From positions 1 through 45,833 of the forward strand of contig NW_021834657.1 of NCBI RefSeq assembly GCF_006345805.1: a stretch of 45,833 bases of DNA. The letters run 5' to 3'. Under the pieces are notes generated by a model, which worked only from the letters and a program-made list of their open reading frames with translations, was not told the origin of the DNA and ran no database searches. This DNA comes from Octopus sinensis (taxonomy: Eukaryota). The position numbers and the translations under genes are program-made. How positions within the stretch are numbered: position 1 is the stretch's first letter; each line of letters starts with the position of its first letter. Positions 36,836 to 45,833 of the stretch are shown one piece after another.

Positions 36836-37894
36836 ATAGCTACTTCACTAACCATGGAGGAGAGTTTGTACATGGTTATTTGCCGTGCTAGAAAATGCAA
36901 CCAGATCTGACCTTTACACATAAATATCGCTGTAAAATGAAGGACAAACTAAATTATGTAACTTTGACACATTATCTAAAAATTTATACGAGACGCCATA
37001 CCTGGAACGCTTTTGCGCACAAGCATAATCACGGCTAATACGACTATCGCCACAATGGTAACCATCACCACTACCACCACCACCACAACAACAACAACAA
37101 CAACAGCAAAAGGAATAACCAGTCTGTGCTTTAATACCACCACCACCACCACTTACTACAACAGTAACAGCTAAAATGCATTTAATAACCATCTCCACCA
37201 CCAATACCGCACTCAAAGTTAACATCCGCATCACTTCCAACTCACTATTGGCGCATCGATGTAATCCAACACCACCACCACCAACTTATAAGCAGCTTGA
37301 TCTGTTAGAAGCAGTAGTTAAAATCTCCATCAAATCATACAGCAGCGCCGTCTGAAATCAAGCCATGTCGACGATTTAGGTAGGGCAGTTTTGGATTTTA
37401 AGAGATGGTATTGTTCCAGCAAGTGGAATATCTTTGATCTGGCTTGACCTGGGGTTAAATAACAGTCAACAACAACAGCAAAACAATGGCGTCTTCAACA
37501 CTTGAATCTGCACCTGCCATTTCACTGTAACAGCTGCTGTTACAACAACAACAATTACCGTCAATCGTGCAATCAGATAGACATACAGACAGACGTGCAG
37601 AAGAAATCTTTTGCACACGTATATGTATACACATGGACGTCCACACACACACACGCACACACACACACACACACACGCACGCACACACACACACACACAA
37701 ATATATATATATATAAATATATACACGTTGTATTCTGAGGTCAAACGTACGAAACGTTGATTGAGAGTAATGGCGGTTAATGTGATTAGAGATTCTTGCA
37801 ACTGTAAGTAATTCTCTTCCTCCAATATGGCTGTGGGGAGATTGAACATCCTGTGTGTGGGTGTATATATATATGTGTGTGTGTGTGTGTGCGC

Positions 37895-37929
<35 letters not shown>

Positions 37930-38243
37930 ATATATATACGAGAGTGTATATCTATGTAAATGTATGTGTAGTATGTATATATGTATAAAGATGTATACGA
38001 GTATATATATATATACATACACATACAATGTGTGTGTGTATGTGTCCTGTCTGTATATGTGTGATTGTACGTACGGTCACACAATCTCAGTGTAAGATTT
38101 CTTGAGATTCATTGTTAATAACCGTTCTACTCTTTTATTAGTGTTGAGTCGACTTCTTTTATCCTTTATTTGCATCGACGTGGAAATATCTATCAATCTA
38201 TCTATCTATCTATCTATGTATCTATCTATCTATCTATCTATCT

Positions 38244-38277
<34 letters not shown>

Positions 38278-38771
38278 GCCCATATTTTCACATATGCACG
38301 TCCAGACGCACGTACATCAGAAACATAATCACGATTTGTGTACGTATGACTCTAAACAAGTGAGTAGAGTATTTAACACGGTATGTAGAGTTACATAGAA
38401 CTTTAGTCATTGACAAATACCTTTGAGAAAAAGCAATTGACCGGTGCATTATATTTACAGATAGAAGCAAAACTAGAATTATTCGCGCCAGAAAATCTTT
38501 TAGAACCGAAGTTGAGATTAGAAAAAGTACATTCTTTTATAATAAGAATAGCTACTATTATCAGTTAACGTCCTATGATATCTATTTTTCCGTTAAAGTT
38601 GTATGATATTTATGGTAAATCAGAAATTTATGGAAATTAATTTTATGAAAGTTTCATCAAATTTATACTTACATTTAAACTGCAGTTTGCATTATAACAC
38701 AATGTATTACGTAGATTTTGCTAGGCTCTTCTTTGGTTCTAACTGACTGTTGTTATTAGTGATCATATACG

Positions 38772-38920
38772 TGAAAACGTGTGGCTTAGTGTTTAGTCTG
38801 TGTTGCTTATGATCATAAGATTGTGGGTTCGATTCTTGGGGCGATCAGTATATGTCTTTAAGCATGTTACATCATTTTCTATTGATGCATTCTATTCAGC
38901 CTACTCCTGTAATGAGTATT
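38772..38920 (+). mobile_element. SINE family C head, diverged
   Basis: GTGGCTTAGTG A-box-like and GGGTTCGATTC B-box-like motifs at tRNA-like spacing. Confidence 0.55.
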
Positions 38921-39008
38921 AGGCATCTACTGATGCTGCTCTGTCATCCTCCAACTTTCACATCCTGGATGTGATGATGGGTGATGGTTGAGGAGAGAAA
39001 GATGGAGG

Positions 39009-39041
<33 letters not shown>

Positions 39042-39686
39042 GAAGGGAGAATGTCAATGTCTGATCGCGTCTACATAATTACATAAAACAACGAATCAGT
39101 GGTGAATGTCATCAAGCCATTTTCGCTCGCGAGTGACGGCTGCCTGTATTGTATAGTCACGTTAACATAGGAAGACGCAAATACTCGAACCACTTCAGTG
39201 CCTTCACACTTTTCAAATACTCACACCCTCCCTCCCTCACTCTCTTTATCGCACACACACACATTCCCTCTATTGTAGTTCCTCTCATTTTTTGTTATCA
39301 ATCATCCTGATCTTTTTCAATTTCGCTTTATACTGAGAGTTCTTTAATCTCTGTCTTTCAATCTCAATCTATGTATGTATGTATATATGTATGTATGTAT
39401 GTATATATATGTATGTATGTATATTTGTATGTATGTGCCTGTCTTTCCCTATGTGTTCGTTTATGCAACAGCACACTTAAATCATTCTATCACTGTATTA
39501 TTATCTTACTTTCTTTTAAATCTAATTCAATTTTACTTCCTCTCAAACACCAAAATATCGTTGCGTTGCGGGGCACTCAATCTATACTTTGTCCAGCCTG
39601 TCTGTCTATCTGCTCTTCCTTCTTCCGCTATATATATAATCATATGTGTATACACGTTTCTGTGAGTGTGCATATGAATATATAAT

Positions 39687-39737
<51 letters not shown>

Positions 39738-40612
39738 GCACACACATAAACGCAGAGAGGGATTCAGATTCCAGTTTGTCTTTGAATCAATCTACCTGTA
39801 TGTATTCTTACCAAATTAAAATTTCCCTCTCCCTTGTATGTATATATAATTTTATGCATGTGAGACTGAATGTATGTGCGTTGGTAAATTTATCTGCACG
39901 CTTGTGTCTGTGCATGTGTATGTACGTCTAAGTTTCCATATTTACGCTGATTTCTTTCCCCTTTTTTGTTCATTTACTCTCCACATTTCCCTCTCTCCGA
40001 GCCTTCCTCTCCATTCCACTCTCTTTTACTCCACCTTACTATCCCCCCTCTCTCTCTCTCTCTCGACACTTTACTACGTTTTAACAGCAAAACTTCGACC
40101 ACCTTTCTTCCGACTCTAAATAACAATTTCCTTCATTTTTCCCAATCTTTACCTCTATAGACAATTTTTTCTCTCCATTCTTTATCAGTTTCACCCTCTA
40201 CAGCCAACCAGCGCCAACCACACATCAAAATCTTTGTAACAACCGTCCTGTAACGTGGCCCAAATCTCTCTCCCCTTCCTCTCCCCTTCCTCACATCCCC
40301 CAACCCGTTGCAAACACTTTCTTTGGCTAGCATTCTGTTTACAGTACCTTTCCTAATTTGGCAGTGAATTCTTTCAATTCTTTTGATATGCTGGCTTTTG
40401 TCCATTTGCTGATTCTGTGCCAATTTTCAAGATTCTTCGACACAAAAGTACCTGCCAAAATTTAGTCCACGCCGCTTATGATATATACACACATGCACAC
40501 ACACATTCGTATGCATATTATATATATATATATATATATATACCCATATATGAGTGAAAGCATGTAAATGTATGAATTTATTTGCGTGTATGTGAGCGTA
40601 AATTATACATAC

Positions 40613-40659
<47 letters not shown>

Positions 40660-41053
40660 TAGATAGATAGATAGGTAGGTAGGTAGGTAGGTAGGTAGGT
40701 AGGTAGGTATGTAGGTAGGTAGGTAGGTATGTATGTATGTATGTATAGCCTGCAGAGATTTTCTGATTATTTCATAAATGTACTTTTGAGGATAATTCTA
40801 CACTCTTACACTCACATATACTCTTAGACGCACGCACACTTACGTGTGTGTGTGTGTAAGAATTTGTTCAAACAAGGGCACGTCGAAGAAGACACCTGTT
40901 CAAATTGCTGCGCAATGCAATAAGCACAACAAAGAAAAAGAAAGGTACCCCACAGACCCAGTGACTTTAGCAAAACAATTCAAGTAACCATTGTACATTT
41001 CTTTGTAAATATCTAGATATGCATAAATACAATCCGATGATGATGATGATAAG

Positions 41054-41230
41054 AGGAATAGAAAGGAAATTGGAATAGAGTGCCCAGTAGAACTGTTACA
41101 AAAGGTTTGCCTCCTTGGCACGGCCAGAATAATCAGGAAAATATTAGATAGCTGAAAAGAACGAATAGCATGGTACCGTAGGCTGCAGGTAGTAAACCGT
41201 GTATGCGTGCAAAACTCCAGGAGTTCCCCC
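41054..41230 (+). mobile_element. 5'-truncated 3' end of an R4/Dong-like (RLE-type) LINE
   Basis: 41066-41155 translates EIGIECPVELLQKVCLLGTARIIRKILDS*, matching the LQKxxLLGTARIxRKxL C-terminus of RLE-type elements; putative 3' UTR follows. Confidence 0.75.
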
Positions 41231-41256
41231 AAAACCCGATTTGAAAGAAAAAATAT

Positions 41257-41468
41257 GATAATAATGCTTTCTACAATCGGCACAAGGCCTGAAATTTTGA
41301 AGGAAGATACCGTTCGATTACATGGAGTCCAGTGCTTACCTGCTAATTATATCATTGACCCCGAAGGGATGAAAAGTAAAATCGACCTCGGTGCAATTTG
41401 AAAGTAAAGACAGGCAAAATGCTTTGGAGCATTTTGTCCGACGCGCTACCATTCTTGCTGGCTCACTT
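41257..41468 (-). mobile_element. SINE family B
   Basis: GGCACAAGGCCTGAAATTTTG...GACCCCGAAGGGATGAAAAGTAAAATCGACCTCGG. Confidence 0.8.
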
Positions 41469-41716
41469 CATTAAATAATGCGATAATATTAAAATAATAA
41501 TGGTCGATGTGATTGTTGTCATGGTATTGTGGTGGTAGCGGTTGTTGTTTAGGTGGTAGTACTGGTTGTGGTACTTCCGGTACTACTTGTGGTAGTCACG
41601 TTGGTGGTGGTCATGGTGTGCCGATGGTCTTCATTGTTAAGATGTTTAGTCAAAGGTGTGTCTTGGAGTTTAACTGTATACGTCCAAGGTATCAGTAGTG
41701 GTGGTCATGATAGCGA

Positions 41717-41848
41717 TGACTTTGCCTTTCGTCATTTCGGGTTCGCTCAAATAAGTACCAGTTAAGCTCTAGGGTCGATCTAATCTCTTTATTTCTCCAT
41801 TCCTTGAAATTTCGGGCCTTGTGCCGAAATTTGAAACTAATATCATTG
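41717..41848 (+). mobile_element. SINE family B, 3' part
   Basis: GACTTTGCCTTTC...AAATAAGTACCAGT...GAAATTTCGGGCCTTGTGCC. Confidence 0.7.
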
Positions 41849-42316
41849 CAGTATTTTCATTATTTCTTAAACTTTTCCTTTTATAAAAGCTAATTTGTAA
41901 ATAAGCGTGTCTGTGTGTTAGTGATTCTGTGTATGTATGTATGTGTATATATGTGTGTACATGTCACTGCCTCTCTATGTGTATGTATGCGGTTGTGTAT
42001 TTCTTTTTCTGTTGCCTTATCTCTCTTAAAACGTTCGAAGTCCACCATATTGAACCTATGTAATGTCCTCTTTTGTAAAACTCATTTCTGCGTTCAAAGG
42101 TGCCGAATGAAATTTAATTTTTATTAAATCACTACACGTACGTACATACATTCGTACCCGCACGCTTACAGATTCATGAATACAAAAATATAAGTTTATA
42201 TATATATATATATTATACACGCACACACCAACGTATTCATATAACTATACGAATGTACAGTCTGTGCATGCAAAGATATATATATATATATATATATTAT
42301 AAACACATACCACACA

Positions 42317-42355
<39 letters not shown>

Positions 42356-42994
42356 GTATGAGCGCTACACATTAAATTTCCAATCATTTTATTCTTCTGT
42401 ATATAAGCTATTTATATAATTCGCTTTTGAAAAGAAAATAGAGGGGAAAAAATGTATTTTTCAATATAAATTTGTCTCACATAATTCTTTTTTGTGTAAA
42501 AAAAATATATTTTACAATAATTTTTGATTTAATGTTTCCTCCATTTCTATATACATTCCGACCTATAACGAAAGAAATGGTTATAACGACTAACCATAGT
42601 TTTTTTTTAATAATATTTTTAATTGTTTATGTTTTTTTCTCTCTCTCACTCTTTTGTATCTTGTTTGTGTTTCATCTATGTTCTTAGCTGAAAAATTTTT
42701 ATTTTAATATTTTGAGTATTTTTTTTTAATTAAAATGAATTTGATGTAAAATCTTTGGGGTAACATGAGGCAGTTTTAAGCTCATTATAGTCGACGTCAT
42801 CATCGTCATCATCATCATCATCATCATCATCGTAAGTAATCACATTACACCGTTCTCGATCTGTTTGAAAGTGAAAATTTTAAAAAATTGTGATAAAATG
42901 AAAATCCGGTTACAAATCATACAAATATATTCTACTAAACGTGTTGAATATTTTCCCTATCTTTTGTGTAAGGTAATATATTCAATATTCCCTC

Positions 42995-43134
42995 CTACCT
43001 ACCTACCTACTTACCTACCTACCTACCTACCTATCTACCTTTCTATCTACCTTCCTATCTATGTATCTATCTTCCTATCTATTTTCCTACCTACCTACCT
43101 ATCTATCTACCTATCTATCTATCTACCTATCTAC

Positions 43135-43217
<83 letters not shown>

Positions 43218-43219
43218 CC
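42995..43219. repeat. (CTAC)n/(CTAT)n microsatellite at the 5' flank of the Tx1 LINE
   Basis: Direct inspection. Confidence 0.95.
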
Positions 43220-44257
43220 AACCTTGTCCCGACTCTACCATCACCAAACTACAACGCATCCTCTTTCGCTTCTTGTGGAAAGGATGCGTCCCGATGGTCA
43301 GGCGATCCATTTGCTGTCAACACCCGTTAAAAGGAGGGCTGGGCATGCCGTGGTTGATGATGCGCAGACACGCGCTGAGACTGCGACATCTCTGGCTCTA
43401 TGTAGACGACGGTGAACAGGTGTGGTCGCCGTTTGTGAGGCACGCTTTCCCGCAGCTCGTCTCCATGACCGAACTGCAGTCGTGGATCAAAAAGAGGCCG
43501 AGGAAGGCGAATGGCACCGCGAGTGTCGCGTTGCTCTCAAGCAACTCTGCCGTCCTGGGTCGACCTTAAGTGACTTCAACACAACCAAAGCATTCTATAG
43601 GGGTTTAGTGGAGGGGAGGTACGACGACGAGCTCGGGGCGAACCTGGACGTCGACGAGGAGTACCTGACCCGCCTGTTCGGGACGACTTTCGGGCCAGGG
43701 CCCATGGACAACTTCCAGAGATCCCTGGCCTGGCAGTGCTACCGAGAAGCGCTACCCGTTCGAGATAAGCTCTACAGACACGGCTCGAGAAACACGGAGC
43801 CGACCTGCCCGAGATGCGGTCAGACCGACGAAACCGTTCTGCACGCACTCGTTCAGTGTCCAACAATTTCCGACCTGTGGGCTTATGTCGAACAACTGCT
43901 GTCACGTGTGGGACGAGTCGGTTTATCAGCTGAGTCTATCGTCAATATTGTCACGCCTCCTTCCTTCAAACGGGAAGGAAGAGCTATTTTCATCATCCTT
44001 GTGGCTATGGCGAAAGAATTATCTGGTGGACGCGTCTGAAAGGATTGGAGACAACACACTTCCTCTCTGGTCAATCTCTCATCAACTTCTTCAAGTACCA
44101 CTTGAAAAGGAAAGTGAGAGTAGAGAGGCAAGTTTTGTCTAGCGAATGTTTTAAAAAAGATGGGTGAATGTAGCAAGAATGGCACGTATGAATGACGAAG
44201 CCACCTTGAGCATAGTCCTATGAACCCAGAAATCGAAAACAGAGAGTGCTTATTTGC

Positions 44258-44288
<31 letters not shown>

Positions 44289-44436
44289 AATGTGACTTCA
44301 TTGACCGAGGTTACCGTGGTCTTTTCCGCAGGCTTTTCTTTCCACGGGTAAACCTCACCTGTCCTCCTCCCCTTTACACTTCATATTGACATTTCTGTGA
44401 TAACGATCCCTATTGATCATTTTTTTTTCTCTCCCC

Positions 44437-44469
<33 letters not shown>

Positions 44470-44529
44470 CCCCCTTATTTTTGTCCTCTTTCTCTCCTTT
44501 TACGATCCCTTTTGATCGAACCTCCCCCT

Positions 44530-44560
<31 letters not shown>

Positions 44561-44635
44561 ATACCTTCAAAAGAAAAGCTCTACCTTGTAATTTGTTCTA
44601 TCTGTGTGCAGCCCTGTGTGGCTAATAAAGAAACA
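43220..44635 (+). mobile_element. 5'-truncated Tx1/L1-clade LINE: ORF2 C-terminus (to 44223) plus 3' UTR
   Basis: LQRILFRFLWKG...QHPLKGGLGMPWL; CCHC knuckle CPRCGQTDETVLHALVQC; IWWTRLKG...RWVNVARMARM...*. Three -1 frameshifts (about 43508, 44020, 44158). The 3' UTR has a stem-loop and AATAAA at 44624-44629. Confidence 0.92.
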
Positions 44636-44646
44636 TATCTACCTTC

Positions 44647-44705
<59 letters not shown>

Positions 44706-44708
44706 GCT
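44636..44708. repeat. (TATC)n microsatellite at the 3' flank of the Tx1 LINE
   Basis: Direct inspection. Confidence 0.95.
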
Positions 44709-44714
44709 ATCGTT

Positions 44715-44895
44715 TACTTATTCCAGCCATAAGACTGTGGCCATGCTGTGGCATCGCCTTGAAAAATTTAGTCGATAAAATCGACACAACGTGTTTTTAC
44801 TATGTCCAGTAGTTAGTTGTTCCACTAAAAACTTTTGCCGCAACGCTACGTTACATTGACGCAAACAAACCAACAATGGGCAAACACGAAGAGGC
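44715..44895 (-). mobile_element. SINE family A, diverged 3' part
   Basis: GACTGTGGCCATGCTGTGGCATCGCCTT...TTTTGCCGCAACGCTACGTTAC. Confidence 0.6.
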
Positions 44896-44994
44896 ACGTG
44901 CCTACCCCTGCGTCCATACATACATACATGCATACATACATACATACATACATACATGCATGCATGCATGCATACATACATACATACATACATA

Positions 44995-45069
44995 CATATA
45001 ATATATATATATATAAATCTCTCTCTCTCTCTATATATATATATATAAATCTATATATATAATATAATA

Positions 45070-45112
<43 letters not shown>

Positions 45113-45296
45113 CTCTCTCTCTCTCTATATATGTATATATTATATATATATATAAATCTCTCTCTCTATATATATGTATATATATATATATATATATAAA
45201 CCTCTCTCTATATATATACCTATATATATATATATATGTAATATATATATATATATTAACCTCTCTTCTCTATAATATACCTATATTATATATATA

Positions 45297-45332
<36 letters not shown>

Positions 45333-45381
45333 TCTCTCTCTATATATATATACCTATATATATATATATATATATAGATAT

Positions 45382-45413
<32 letters not shown>

Positions 45414-45435
45414 ATATATATATATGTATATATGC
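44995..45435. repeat. Compound minisatellite (TA)n-AAA(T/C)C-(TC)n
   Basis: The unit recurs about seven times between 45010 and 45345. Confidence 0.9.
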
Positions 45436-45833
45436 ATATATGCGGGGCGTAGTGTGAATGTATGTATATGAATATATTGCTGTATATAAAGTCTGCTTCA
45501 TTGACTCTTTATCACAACATCTTCGAACTTGCTTCGTTATCTGCCATTAGTGATCTGTATATGACTGGTTGAGAAACCTGTTCGCAGCAGATAATGAGTT
45601 CGGAAAGCCCTTCGGACATTCTCGGGTATCTTGGTGCTTCCCATCTACCCTGGAGCTGATATCACGACTATCGAAATGCAACAAAGTTTATAATCACCCT
45701 TTCTGGATATGCAATGATTGATACACCCCACGGCTTTAAACATTGCCACACTCAGTGTTGGGGTGTATGTGCATACGCACACACATACACACACATATAT
45801 ATACACTCACACACACATATTTACATATTTATG

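Noticed and set aside
42865-43569. 234-aa ORF as a host gene
   Set aside because: It is AT-rich flank plus (TATC)n reading through into the LINE ORF2 fragment.
45470-45770. Non-repetitive, moderately GC-rich segment
   Set aside because: No long open frame or recognisable motif on either strand; cannot be assigned without a search.

Overview
AT-rich, repeat-saturated eukaryotic DNA, most likely intronic or intergenic. From recall, the dispersed SINE families and the density of (TA)n/(TG)n/(TATC)n/(ATT)n tracts look like an Octopus (coleoid cephalopod) genome; this is an inference, not a database result. I can support no intact host gene, RNA gene or CRISPR array, and almost all ORFs in the supplied track are translations of microsatellites. 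The real coding remnants are all from transposons: two Tx1/L1-clade LINE ORF2 pieces (about 21736-22700, decayed RT; about 43220-44635, young-looking 3' end embedded in (TATC)n), two R4/Dong-like RLE-type LINE fragments (about 1963-2510 and 41054-41230), and a DD37D (maT) Tc1/mariner transposase pseudogene (26727-27851, minus strand). Non-autonomous DNA elements with clear termini are a 393-bp Helitron, a hAT MITE with an 8-bp TSD, a Tc1/mariner-type MITE with a triplicated right end, and a 158-bp palindromic element. At least three tRNA-headed SINE families occur, several in head-to-tail arrays or nested. One isolated splice-flanked 58-nt candidate exon (1860-1917) and two small motif-rich islands are weak hints of a host locus. 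I did not find a convincing new multi-gene system; the best leads are the microsatellite-embedded Tx1 LINE, the long hairpin and the SINE array/modularity patterns. All alignments and translations were done by eye, and coordinates of decayed repeats are approximate.
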